A DNA stretch of 64,000 bases, from assembly GCA_045106415.1 (NCBI GenBank), contig JBGCEP010000001.1:15522-79521 (forward strand), read 5' to 3'. Shown one piece after another: positions 19,517-28,602 of this stretch. The notes under the pieces were generated by a model, which saw only the letters and a program-made list of their open reading frames with translations, was not told the origin of the DNA and made no database searches. Position 1 is the stretch's first letter. Each line of letters begins with the position of its first letter. Position numbers and translations under genes: made by a program. This DNA comes from Oligoflexales bacterium. GTDB lineage: Bacteria; Bdellovibrionota_B; Oligoflexia; Oligoflexales; Bog-1112.

Positions 19517-21868
19517 ATGAGAATCAATAAACAAAAAGGGGCAAGTCCTATTGTTATGGCCTCTTTGGTGGCAGTTCTTGGTTTTATTGCAACTGAGGGT
19601 GCGAGAACTTTTTCCAAGCAAAGTCAGGATGTGTCCCGCAGAGCTGTTGATGGTGTGCAAATGCAAGCAGCAAATGAATCTTCAATGGAGCTTTTATCCC
19701 AACTTGTAGGCGCAACCGTTTTAAAGTTGGACTCAGGGAGCTCGAAGTTTTCATTGGGGGATGGTTTAGGTGGGAAATTTAAAGTCGATAGAACTCCGAG
19801 TGTTGATGGCTGGTCGTTAGATGCTCAAGGAGCCTTTGTGACTCAGGCGTGTCTATCCTCAAATCTTGGTGTTGATTCGAGTCTTATTTTTGGTGATGAT
19901 AAAGGAACAACCTGGCTGACAGGGCATGACTGTCCAAAAACATCCATTGTGACAACAACAATTGTCCCTAGAAGTAGTGTTGATGCAGATAAAGTCTCAG
20001 GCGCTCGTGCTAATAGTTATGCAATTGTGGATACAAGCACTGTTAACAGTGAAGGGCGAAAATTAAATCGTTTTGCTCGCTTGACACTGCCAGAACCAAC
20101 GATTCAATGTGATGTTGTGAGTGATGACAATAGTGAGCACTGCCAAATTGATCATTGCCCTTATATGAAGCCAGTTTTAAATAATAAAACTGGTGATGTT
20201 TTATATAAAACGGATGCTTCTGGTGCTTTAGTGCCTCTTTTGCAGCCTAATGAGAATTTTATCTCAACGATAAGAGTTCCCTCAAAGATGTTGCCAACAT
20301 CTTTGAATGGGTTGTCGGTGAAATATACTCCTGGCCGTGATCAAAAACCAACACAACTTGCTAGTTTTTTGAATAGTGCATTTAAGCCGGGTAGAATTAA
20401 TCCTTTTGATGGTGTTCAAGGAGTGGGTGGGGAGCTTCAATCACAAGGTGCTCAAGATTTAAAAAGAGTTGGATCTTATATTGAAATTGCTGTCCCAAAT
20501 AAAGCTGCAGCTATAGATGCTAGCAAGTTGCTAGTTTTTGAAGGTTTTTTGCAGGATGGAAGCAGAACGAGCTATGGTAGCAATGCCCGAGGCTGGAAAA
20601 CTAATACGCCTTTTGACGATAAGAGGTACCGTTCAAATCTGCAAAATGCTTGTGCAGCAACTCTTTATCGGCCATGGGGATTAAGAAGCCCTAGTCCATA
20701 TCCAGATTTTTGTGCTCGAGCCATTTTAACTTATGCTTACAATACTTATACTTATTCTGCAATTCGAAAATGTCGTTATTATGGTCCAGCATTAAGAATG
20801 AGCAGTGACCCTAGTGGCATGAAAAATTGGTATGCGACCGAGCAAAGGCATTCTCAAACAGACTGGGTCGCATCATCGAAAACAGAAGAAGGATATACTA
20901 CCGTATCGAGTTCTTTAAAACCTTATGTTGACTCTCAAGTTCATCACGATTTTGATAATAGTGATCCTCAAGGTTTTTCTTTACAAAGGCATGACTTCAG
21001 TGATGTCTTAGTTGGGGAATTATCTGTTTTAGAAGTGAAAAAGTTTGACAATCCGGATTATGTTGTTGATGAAAAAGGAAAACCTGTTGATAATAATGTT
21101 CCTCAATTTTTATGGAAAGAGAGAACTTTAAATAGAAGTTGGGACGCAAGTTGTAGCCAAAGAGACCTGAAAGATAATGAAAACCCTCCAAACTTTAAGC
21201 CACCTACAAATGTGCTTGATAAGTGCTTTTATATTGAATATCAAAATGCTGGAAACCGTCTTGAGTGTACTCGTCGCGTGAGTGCTATTAATTGCCGAAA
21301 CGGTAATGGCTGTTTTACAGCAGATACTCCTGTGATGATGGCAGATAGATCTATGAGGATGATCTCAGATATTCAAGAGGGTGAAAAAGTCTTCAACCCT
21401 GTGACGCAAGTGGGGGTCAAAGTCGTAAGTGTGACAAGTGGTCCTCAAGAACGAGAAATGTATAGAATTACAACTTCTGGAGAAAAGACTGTTACAGCAA
21501 CTTGGAACCACCCATTTCAAACACCAGACGGTTTTTTTAGAGCATATCAGCTTGAAGAAGGTGATCGTGTGATGGATGCCAGAGGTTTTTGGCAAGATGT
21601 TGTAAAAATTGATGAAGTGGCTTATCAAGAAGGAGAAGTTCGTCAGGTTTGGAACTTAACCTTGGAGGGTCCGTCTTTTGGTAATCCTGGTTTTGTGGCA
21701 GCAAGGCAGTTTGTAGCAAACGGCTTGGCAACAGGTGATTATGTGATTCAAGAGTCTAATCTGAGAGAAGTGAACCAACAGCTTAAGAATGGGCAACAGC
21801 TTTTAAAAGTCAGTGGAGGAGGCTCAATGTCTTTTGAGCGCCCACTTGAATTTGAATGGGCTCGTTAA
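19517..21868 (+). CDS. Prepilin-like (PilX/GspK-type) protein with C-terminal Hint domain
   Basis: N-terminus KQKG|ASPIVMASLVAVLGFIA. Hint motifs G|CFTADTPVMMAD, TATWNHPF, VWNLTL, FVANGLATGD. Confidence 0.8.
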   Translation: MRINKQKGASPIVMASLVAVLGFIATEGARTFSKQSQDVSRRAVDGVQMQAANESSMELLSQLVGATVLKLDSGSSKFSLGDGLGGKFKVDRTPSVDGWSLDAQGAFVTQACLSSNLGVDSSLIFGDDKGTTWLTGHDCPKTSIVTTTIVPRSSVDADKVSGARANSYAIVDTSTVNSEGRKLNRFARLTLPEPTIQCDVVSDDNSEHCQIDHCPYMKPVLNNKTGDVLYKTDASGALVPLLQPNENFISTIRVPSKMLPTSLNGLSVKYTPGRDQKPTQLASFLNSAFKPGRINPFDGVQGVGGELQSQGAQDLKRVGSYIEIAVPNKAAAIDASKLLVFEGFLQDGSRTSYGSNARGWKTNTPFDDKRYRSNLQNACAATLYRPWGLRSPSPYPDFCARAILTYAYNTYTYSAIRKCRYYGPALRMSSDPSGMKNWYATEQRHSQTDWVASSKTEEGYTTVSSSLKPYVDSQVHHDFDNSDPQGFSLQRHDFSDVLVGELSVLEVKKFDNPDYVVDEKGKPVDNNVPQFLWKERTLNRSWDASCSQRDLKDNENPPNFKPPTNVLDKCFYIEYQNAGNRLECTRRVSAINCRNGNGCFTADTPVMMADRSMRMISDIQEGEKVFNPVTQVGVKVVSVTSGPQEREMYRITTSGEKTVTATWNHPFQTPDGFFRAYQLEEGDRVMDARGFWQDVVKIDEVAYQEGEVRQVWNLTLEGPSFGNPGFVAARQFVANGLATGDYVIQESNLREVNQQLKNGQQLLKVSGGGSMSFERPLEFEWAR

Positions 21869-22515
21869 GAGGTTGTGATCTGATGCTGTGTTTAAAAAAC
21901 CTTAAAGAAAAGTCTAAAAAAAACTTTTCTTTAAGGTTTTTGTTGAGGGTTGCAATTTTTTTCCTTAGCTCTCCAGTGCAAGGAGGGTATCATTGGGTAT
22001 TGCCTTTCTGTGCCAATGATCACAAAAATCAAACTTTTCTTTTCAGTGAAAATGCTTGTGGTTTGCAAGAGTGTCGTGTTTTAACGAGTGGTGATCAGGG
22101 TTTAAATAGAGCAGTCACAAATACTTTAGGTACTCATAATACAGCACATTTGATTGCGAATAATGAAAAAAATAAAGAAAAAATACATGTCATAAAAAAG
22201 TTCAATGATCAGAAAAGTGAAGAGAAAGATTTTTTATTTGCGCAGATGAAACTGCCAACACTTGATCTTGCGTGTGAGAAGACAAGTGATTGTCATGCGG
22301 TGGGCATTGGTGTGTCCCCATGCGGTGGCCCTATTCGTTACGAAGTATATTCTTCTTTAAGAAAGAACGAGCAAGATGCTGAAGATTTTCAAAGAAAAAT
22401 TGAGCAGTACCAGATTCTGATGCAAAAGCGCGCTGTGGGGTCTTTTGGTGTGTGCATTATGGTGTTGCCTCCTCAGGTCTCATGTGTCGCGTCAGTGTGT
22501 CAGGTTGTTCATTAG
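21856..22515 (+). CDS. Cys-rich hypothetical exported protein
   Basis: C-terminal domain ACEKTSDC...SPCGGPIRYEVYS...CIMV...SCVASVC. Start uncertain. Confidence 0.6.
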   Translation: MGSLRGCDLMLCLKNLKEKSKKNFSLRFLLRVAIFFLSSPVQGGYHWVLPFCANDHKNQTFLFSENACGLQECRVLTSGDQGLNRAVTNTLGTHNTAHLIANNEKNKEKIHVIKKFNDQKSEEKDFLFAQMKLPTLDLACEKTSDCHAVGIGVSPCGGPIRYEVYSSLRKNEQDAEDFQRKIEQYQILMQKRAVGSFGVCIMVLPPQVSCVASVCQVVH

Positions 22516-22812
22516 ATCCAGCATTTTAAGATGTTATGATCAAGAATAGTGTACATTGACAAAAATCGCTGTTCGTCCGCCCCCTCTAGCTCAATAGAGA
22601 TGATGCTTTTTCCCCAAGGGATGTTGTTTGTGAGTGTGAAGATAGGAAGGGTGTTTATGCGAACTCACCCATGTGTATGTCTTTTCAAGAAAACATTTGG
22701 AGTCAATGCATCTTCGGTAACCCAGAATCAAAATTTTGACTGTAGGGAATTAGATTTTTCTCTTCAATATTTTAATTTTACAGGTGTTTAGTGGGCTGCT
22801 TTGGTGTGGGTC

Positions 22813-22837
22813 TGGAGGCGCCGGCCTGATTCGAGCC
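22813..22837 (-). repeat. att-like duplicate of tRNA-Cys 3' end
   Basis: Minus strand GGCTCGAATCAGGCCGGCGCCTCCA versus tRNA GGTTCGAATCCGCTCGGCGCCTCC. Confidence 0.75.
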
Positions 22838-22899
22838 AAAGAAGCCGCATGTAAGATATCAGAAACAAAGTGTAAATCAATCGAAAAATGCATAATCTC

Positions 22900-23004
22900 T
22901 TTTCGGGTATTTGCGTGCTGAGCTTGAGCAAAATGCGTGTGATGTCCAGGTAAGAGTGACAGATTTTTTTCGTTACCCATGACTGAAATCATCTTTTGAC
23001 AAAA
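22900..23004 (-). pseudogene. Possible tyrosine-integrase C-terminal remnant
   Basis: FCQKMISVMGNEKNLSLLPGH...QHA follows the box II spacing F..G..L..LGH..YA with L>P and Y>H, and sits beside the att copy. Confidence 0.45.
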
Positions 23005-23091
23005 AAATATTGATATCAACAAGACATTTGATCTAATGTTCGCAACAAGATCTTTTGAGGTCTTTTTCCCATTTTTATAAAAGGTGTTGAT

Positions 23092-23541
23092 ATGAAACAA
23101 GTTTTTGTGTTTTTGCTCTGCTTTTTGAGTGTTTCTGGGTTTTCACAGGACACTGAAAAGTCTGTTGCACAAAGTTCGTCGTATGAAGTGACTGTGATGT
23201 TCACAGGTTATGCTGATTTTGAGTGGCTTCATTACGGTGTGTCTGATCATGTTCAGGTTGGTGTGGGTTCCTCCGTGTTTGGATCTCTCTTGAATACGTT
23301 TGCTTACGGTTCTTATCCTCCGTTGTTTCTTGATGCTGCATATTTTGTGTCTGGTTATCAGAACTCATCATGGTATGGAAAAATGGTATTCCCGGCATAC
23401 AGTGCTGGACCGTTTTATATGATGCCGCCGACAACTGTAGGATACCGCTGGAAGTTTGATGATGGCTTCTTGAATCTTGGTGTGATGGCTGTGAATGACT
23501 CTCACGTCGTTCCAGAGATATCTTGGGGGGTGGCTCTATGA
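23092..23541 (+). CDS. Small secreted protein, probable outer-membrane beta-barrel
   Basis: Signal peptide; alternating aromatic/Gly strands (VGYRWKF, PEISWGVAL). Confidence 0.6.
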   Translation: MKQVFVFLLCFLSVSGFSQDTEKSVAQSSSYEVTVMFTGYADFEWLHYGVSDHVQVGVGSSVFGSLLNTFAYGSYPPLFLDAAYFVSGYQNSSWYGKMVFPAYSAGPFYMMPPTTVGYRWKFDDGFLNLGVMAVNDSHVVPEISWGVAL

Positions 23542-23987
23542 AACAGGTTTTGTTACTGGTGCTGGCTTTGTTCTCACATAAAGTGTGCGCTGTTGATTTA
23601 GATGCAGATTATGGTGTGGAAGTCTATATTGTTGAAACATTGTTGCAATCTTTAGGGAGCTCCGGAGGCGGCGAATTTGGTGGTCGCTATTTGAATCACC
23701 AAGGTTTGCGTTTTGTTGGAAAAGAAGGTGTTGTCAAAGAAGCTCACTTTGGGATGAAGGGTCTCACGATTTGCGATGAAGGCAAGTATGGTGTCCGTGT
23801 CACAGATCTTAAGAGAGTTGGAGAGATTGATAAGACTGTTGGTCAATGTGTGAGATGGTGTAAGCGCTGGAGTAAGAATCGTCCATATTTCGTCAATGGT
23901 GTGTGCTGGAATATGGTTACAGCATTCCTTGATGATCATGAGACTGAACATCCTGCTGCTGACAAAGGCAAATGTCAGATCATGTGA
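23538..23987 (+). CDS. Secreted hypothetical protein, possible permuted papain-like peptidase, C-terminal CQIM
   Basis: Signal peptide; His (YLNHQGL) before Cys (YFVNGVCWNMV); ATGA overlap with the upstream gene. Confidence 0.5.
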   Translation: MKQVLLLVLALFSHKVCAVDLDADYGVEVYIVETLLQSLGSSGGGEFGGRYLNHQGLRFVGKEGVVKEAHFGMKGLTICDEGKYGVRVTDLKRVGEIDKTVGQCVRWCKRWSKNRPYFVNGVCWNMVTAFLDDHETEHPAADKGKCQIM

Positions 23988-24439
23988 TTGGCTTTTTGAT
24001 ATGAGATGACGGGTTGTTGAAGTGGGACCCGGGAGCACTCAGAACGCGCTCAGTTTGGTTGTAGGCGCATGAGGTCTTTTGAGGGACCCACTTCGGTTCA
24101 TCAGATTCTAGATGTTCGCCGCCTAAACCGCGAGACTTCGACCCAGATACCTTCTTAGGATCCGATGAACTGAACTAGCTCTTCAATGATGAACCAGTCC
24201 GCTGTTTCTGTGATTCTTCTCATGAGAATCACCTTATAGTTAGTATTCGAGAACGTTATTGCTCCCTACTCCGTATTTTACAATATTAGGTACTTAAGAT
24301 GGCTTTTGGTGCTTTGTCTTTTAATATCAAGTAGATATGTATATTCTGAATATAGCTGATAAGTGTTGTGTGCTGATGATTTACCGAGTTGTCACAACAA
24401 GACATGGATTTATCTCATAAAACCATAACCAAGAAGAGC

Positions 24440-24979
24440 TTATTTCTTTTTCTTAGATTGTTGAGAATCTTCAGTGGGGTCCTGCGCAACAGACTGGTTG
24501 CGGGAGTAGGCGAAGACACTGATAACAGCTGCTAGAGCACCAACGACTGTTGCAAAAGCTCCCCCTTCAATTTTGAGCAAATATGTGGTGTACATAATTG
24601 CACCGATGGTTGCGAGCCCACAAAAATTCCCAGCTATGTTACCGAATATATTGTAGATAAGATTCATCCAATCTCGTCTAGTGACTTTTGAGCTCTGAGC
24701 ATGATTATTCCGATCCAGGCGGTCATGGTTTCTCTTTTGGTCTTCTCTAGTAATCATATGCTGATGCTCTTGCTCTTTTTTCATCATGTTTATGATGGCT
24801 TTGAACGATTCTGGGTCGATTGCTTCTACAGTCTGCAGAAGCTCAGGAGAAACAGAAGTATTGTAGAAATTGATTTGATTGTTTTGCGTGTTATGGACGA
24901 TAGGTGTTTTGTCATCTGTGGATGCAGATTGAGAGCTCTTATTCTGATCTTTTGGTGGTTGACTCGGTTTTTTGCTCAT
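24440..24979 (-). CDS. DUF2335-like membrane protein
   Basis: SPELLQTVEAIDPESFKAIINMMKKEQEHQH followed by two TM helices. Confidence 0.65.
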   Translation of the reverse strand: MSKKPSQPPKDQNKSSQSASTDDKTPIVHNTQNNQINFYNTSVSPELLQTVEAIDPESFKAIINMMKKEQEHQHMITREDQKRNHDRLDRNNHAQSSKVTRRDWMNLIYNIFGNIAGNFCGLATIGAIMYTTYLLKIEGGAFATVVGALAAVISVFAYSRNQSVAQDPTEDSQQSKKKK

Positions 24980-25157
24980 CTAGATACTTCTCACAGCTGT
25001 GCAACAATTGTCCGTGTATGATCCTAGCAGACAATTCAAGATTGTTACAATATTGTGTCTCGTAGATGATCGGAAGGTCATCACTCTGGTTTTTGAAGTG
25101 CAGACGAGAAGGAGTGTGAAACATTTGTTTCAAACTTTCAACGAGATGATGTCTCAT
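24939..25157 (-). CDS. Small hypothetical protein upstream of the DUF2335-like gene
   Basis: Strong AAGGAGGA SD before ATG 25157; overlaps the next gene. Confidence 0.55.
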   Translation of the reverse strand: MRHHLVESLKQMFHTPSRLHFKNQSDDLPIIYETQYCNNLELSARIIHGQLLHSCEKYLDEQKTESTTKRSE

Positions 25158-25390
25158 ATGTCCTCCTTTATTTGCAGTGTGTAGTGTAGCACACATGTCT
25201 ATATGATCGTCCAAAACGAGCAACAGCATTAGATGTATCGCGTCGCTGATCTTATTGTCAATGAAATTAGAGAGTTATTCTGAGATATCAAACGTTTACC
25301 TCTTTCTTGAATCAGGTGAAATTGGTGTCCTTGCCGGATAAGGTGCTGAGGAGGTGGATCTTTGATTTTGTCGTTTTTGGTTTATGTGGC

Positions 25391-25597
25391 TTAGGCCTCC
25401 TCTAGGAGGTCTTGGATGGCTGTATCCAGAACTTCGGAGGTCGATACATTGCGTCGCTTGCAAAGCTCTTGAAATGCTCTGTAGGGCTTTTCTTCGAGGT
25501 ACAGAGTGGTTCTGATCTTATGGGATGGTTGCTCATTTTTTCTTAGAATATCCCGCGCACGTTTGAGGTTCGTTTTTTTCTTGGTGATTTTTGTCAT
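25391..25597 (-). CDS. Ribbon-helix-helix DNA-binding protein
   Basis: KIRTTLYLEEKPYRAFQELCKRRNVSTSEVLDTAIQDLL is an RHH pattern. Confidence 0.75.
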   Translation of the reverse strand: MTKITKKKTNLKRARDILRKNEQPSHKIRTTLYLEEKPYRAFQELCKRRNVSTSEVLDTAIQDLLEEA

Positions 25598-25620
25598 AGT
25601 AAATCTCTCAATCAAATAGG

Positions 25621-25641
25621 ACATAACATATTATGTTATGT
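25621..25641. promoter_or_regulatory. Palindromic operator between divergent regulators
   Basis: Perfect ACATAACATA-T-TATGTTATGT inverted repeat. Confidence 0.6.
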
Positions 25642-25735
25642 TTTTTGTTGCCGAGTATGGGAGGATTTTTCCCAGAAATGGAAAAGTCATTTTCAGAGTA
25701 AGGAGTCTAGGCTTTAATAGCGGCTGCTTTTCTCA

Positions 25736-26059
25736 ATGATGTATGCTGGGAGCCACGTGGAGACGGAAAAAGATAGAAATGACAGTATTGGGCGTCGTCT
25801 GCAACTCGCTCTGCAAGAAGCTGATATTAGTTTGACTCATGCGGCAAGTATTGCAGGTGTCAGCACAAGCACACTCTGTAACTGGGTTTCAGGTTGCTCT
25901 CCTTGGAATTTTGAGGCGCTTGACCGTCTTTGTGAGCACTTGGGTGTATCAATGGCATATCTGTTGACAGGAAAGCAAGATAGGTTCCATCGAGTGAAAG
26001 GCTCTTTTGATGGGCGAGCTAAATTGTTTTGGTTAATTCCCGCCGACAATCATGACTAA
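25736..26059 (+). CDS. XRE-family (HTH_3) repressor
   Basis: IGRRLQLAL...SLTHAASIAGVSTSTLCNWVSG...LCEHLGVSMAYLLTG. Confidence 0.85.
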   Translation: MMYAGSHVETEKDRNDSIGRRLQLALQEADISLTHAASIAGVSTSTLCNWVSGCSPWNFEALDRLCEHLGVSMAYLLTGKQDRFHRVKGSFDGRAKLFWLIPADNHD

Positions 26060-26139
26060 TTCCAGATATGGAAAACCTTTTAATTCAAATATACCGCGGT
26101 TCGAACAGAAGCATTGTGTATTAGAATTGGGAGAAAGAT

Positions 26140-26691
26140 ATGAGAGCTTTTCATTGTTTGTTTTTATTTTTGTCTGCGAGTTGTGGAGCGATCACAGAAG
26201 CACCACGAAAATCCGAACCAATCACTCAAGAGCATCCGCAAGCACTTGCGACAACACGTGATAGTTTGCATGAATGTGACAATGTGCGTGAAAATCAGAT
26301 CATTTACTTAATTGATGAGAAAAAGTTTGTCTACTGCTCTAGTGAATCATGGGTGGATGTGGATATGTCTGAGACACAATCAACGATTTCAACAGCAGCT
26401 ATAGCGGCAGGTGATACCTGTGCAGCTGGAGGAATAGAGGTTAGAGTTGGCAATGATCTGAACAAAGATCAAGTGATAACTGATATTGAATTAAAAAGTC
26501 GAGAGATAGTGTGCAATGGTGCTCAGGGAGAGCAAGGAAAGTCTGGTGAAAAAGGTGATGGCAGTGGTTTGAAAAAGCAATGGCTGTCTGTAGCCGGAGG
26601 CGTGATCAATGCATCTTCAACTCTTCAGGAAAATGTTTTAAGTCGAGTTTTTTCTCTAAGGGAGGCGCCGAGCGGATTCGAACCGCTGTAG
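26140..26691 (+). CDS. Lipoprotein with Cys-flanked repeat and short collagen-like segment, probably truncated
   Basis: Lipobox LSASC; CAAGGIEVRVGNDLNKD...VCNG; GxxGxxG. The ORF ends inside the antisense tRNA. Confidence 0.6.
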   Translation: MRAFHCLFLFLSASCGAITEAPRKSEPITQEHPQALATTRDSLHECDNVRENQIIYLIDEKKFVYCSSESWVDVDMSETQSTISTAAIAAGDTCAAGGIEVRVGNDLNKDQVITDIELKSREIVCNGAQGEQGKSGEKGDGSGLKKQWLSVAGGVINASSTLQENVLSRVFSLREAPSGFEPL

Positions 26692-26733
26692 ACGGATTTG
26701 CAATCCGCTGCCTAGCCACTTGGCTACGGCGCC
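26663..26733 (-). tRNA. tRNA-Cys (GCA)
   Basis: GGCGCCGTAGCCAAGTGGCTAGGCAGCGGATTGCAAATCCGTCTACAGCGGTTCGAATCCGCTCGGCGCCT folds as a cloverleaf. Followed by CCC, so CCA is not encoded. Confidence 0.97.
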
Positions 26734-26835
26734 ACAAGATGAGACATATCATACCACGATGAATTTTGTATGCAAGAGTCTATTTATCAAAATTTGAATG
26801 TTATGGTGTTAAAGGCGACTTCTTGGAGGTGCAAA

Positions 26836-28602
26836 GTGTCGGAACAAGACCATAAAGATGCGGAAATATATCATCGTATTGTTGATTGCCAGTATGCTTG
26901 CCCAGCGCATACCCCTGTGCCGGAGTATATTCGCCTTATTGCTCAAGGTCGCTATGATGAGGCCTACCTAGTCAATAGATCTTCTAACGTATTTCCAGGA
27001 ATTTTAGGGAGAGTGTGCGATCGACCGTGTGAACCTGCCTGTCGTCGGGGCAGGGTTGATGGTGAGGCAGTTGCTATTTGTCGTTTGAAGCGCGCAGCTG
27101 CTGATCGTAAAGGTGATGTGTTGAGCCATATCCCTTCTTCACCGTTTCCTCAGAATGGGAAAAAAATAGCCTTGATTGGAGCTGGTCCTGCTTCTCTGAC
27201 GGTCGCGAATGACCTCTTACCATTAGGTTATAATTGTGTGGTCTTTGAGAAAGACTCTACTTTAGGTGGAGCTATGCAGACGCAAGTCCCAGGTTTTCGT
27301 CTTCCTCAAGAAGTTCTTGATGAAGAAATCAATATGATCTTAAATATGGGTCTGGATGTACAAGCTTCTCAACAAATAGAAAGCCTTGAGTCTCTTTTTA
27401 CGGACGGTTTTGATGCTGTTTTTGTAGGTGTTGGGGCTCCACGAGGAAAATCATTAAAGCTTCCCGGACTTGAAGTTGTAGAAGAGTCGGTTTTTGTGGG
27501 TGTTGATTTTTTGGGAGCTGTTCGTTTCGACCATCCTTTTGAGCTTGGAGAGCAAACAATTGTGATTGGTGGTGGCAATACAGCTATGGATTGTGCGAGG
27601 TCGGCTGTGCGGAAAAAATCCTCTGTGACAGTTGTTGCACCAGAGGGTTTTCAACAGATGTCAGCGTCACCATGGGAGCTTGATGAAACAATTGAAGAAG
27701 GTGTCACCATACGTAATCATCTTCTCCCTGTTGGGTATCGATCTGAATTCGGAAAGCTCGTTGGTGTTGAGTTTCGTAAGGTTACATCGCTTTATGACGA
27801 GCAGGGGAGTTTTGCCCCAAAGTTTGTAGACTCAGAGGTTATCTTTATTGCATGTTCTTCAGTTATTTTAGCAATAGGTCAAGTTTGTGATTATAGCTTT
27901 CTAGATGGAAAAACAAAGTGGCTGAATGAAAAAGGTAAACTTATTATTGATCCTCAAACTTTACAATCATCACATCCTAAAGTTTTTTTTGGTGGTGACG
28001 CAGCCTTTGGCCCTTCAAATATTATTTCTGCTGTAGCACATGGTCATGAAGCTGCGATATCTATGCATTTATTTTTGCAGAATAAGCCTTTGGTCAATAG
28101 ACCTCGTATGCAGATGGAACTTTTAACTCAAAAAATGTCCTTGAATCAATGGAGTTATGACAATCAGTTTGATCAGTTTTCTAGGCAGAAAAACGAGAAA
28201 GACCACAAAAATCCAGGTTTGATTAAAGAGGTTGAGTTTGGGCTATCTGATGAACAAATTCAAAAAGAGTGCAGCCGTTGTTTAAACTGTGATGTTCAAA
28301 CGGTCTTTGAAGAAAAGCTATGTATTGAATGTGATGCTTGTGTGGATATCTGTCCAGTGGGTTGTTTGCAAATGACAGACGTTACAGACGAAGCGCAGAT
28401 ACGGGAAGATTTTAGAATTCCAGCAAGAAATATGTCTCAGCCTTTGTTTTTATCAGGATTGAGCTCGGGCCGTTTGATGGCAAAGGATGAGAATATTTGT
28501 TTGCACTGTGGCTTGTGCTCTGAGCGTTGCCCAACAGGTGCTTGGGATATGAAACTCTCATCTTTAAAGCTTCCTAAAGCAGGAGATCTTTGTGAAGACT
28601 GA
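26836..28602 (+). CDS. GltD-like FAD/NAD(P) oxidoreductase with Fe-S domains (KorC-like)
   Basis: CQYACP..., GRVCDRPCEPAC, GAGPAS, GGGNTAMD and two CxxCxxCxxxCP motifs. GTG start after GGAGG. Confidence 0.88.
   Translation: MSEQDHKDAEIYHRIVDCQYACPAHTPVPEYIRLIAQGRYDEAYLVNRSSNVFPGILGRVCDRPCEPACRRGRVDGEAVAICRLKRAAADRKGDVLSHIPSSPFPQNGKKIALIGAGPASLTVANDLLPLGYNCVVFEKDSTLGGAMQTQVPGFRLPQEVLDEEINMILNMGLDVQASQQIESLESLFTDGFDAVFVGVGAPRGKSLKLPGLEVVEESVFVGVDFLGAVRFDHPFELGEQTIVIGGGNTAMDCARSAVRKKSSVTVVAPEGFQQMSASPWELDETIEEGVTIRNHLLPVGYRSEFGKLVGVEFRKVTSLYDEQGSFAPKFVDSEVIFIACSSVILAIGQVCDYSFLDGKTKWLNEKGKLIIDPQTLQSSHPKVFFGGDAAFGPSNIISAVAHGHEAAISMHLFLQNKPLVNRPRMQMELLTQKMSLNQWSYDNQFDQFSRQKNEKDHKNPGLIKEVEFGLSDEQIQKECSRCLNCDVQTVFEEKLCIECDACVDICPVGCLQMTDVTDEAQIREDFRIPARNMSQPLFLSGLSSGRLMAKDENICLHCGLCSERCPTGAWDMKLSSLKLPKAGDLCED

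Larger units (their letters stand above)
22813..26660. mobile_element. Decayed integrative element / prophage-like islet at tRNA-Cys
   Basis: Bounded by tRNA-Cys and its 3' duplicate. Contains an integrase-like remnant, a divergent RHH/XRE pair and a DUF2335-like gene. Confidence 0.7.

Noticed and set aside
21311..21739. Canonical splicing intein
   Set aside because: No terminal His-Asn + Cys/Ser/Thr, no endonuclease and no conserved host protein. Treated as a non-splicing Hint domain.
22515..22800. ORF 22549-22791 and a stop-interrupted minus-strand frame
   Set aside because: No recognisable motif. May be gene debris but cannot be supported.
24040..24240. Short minus-strand frame MRRITETADWF...* with a palindrome at its start
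   Set aside because: Interrupted by a stop after 22 codons; unidentifiable islet debris.
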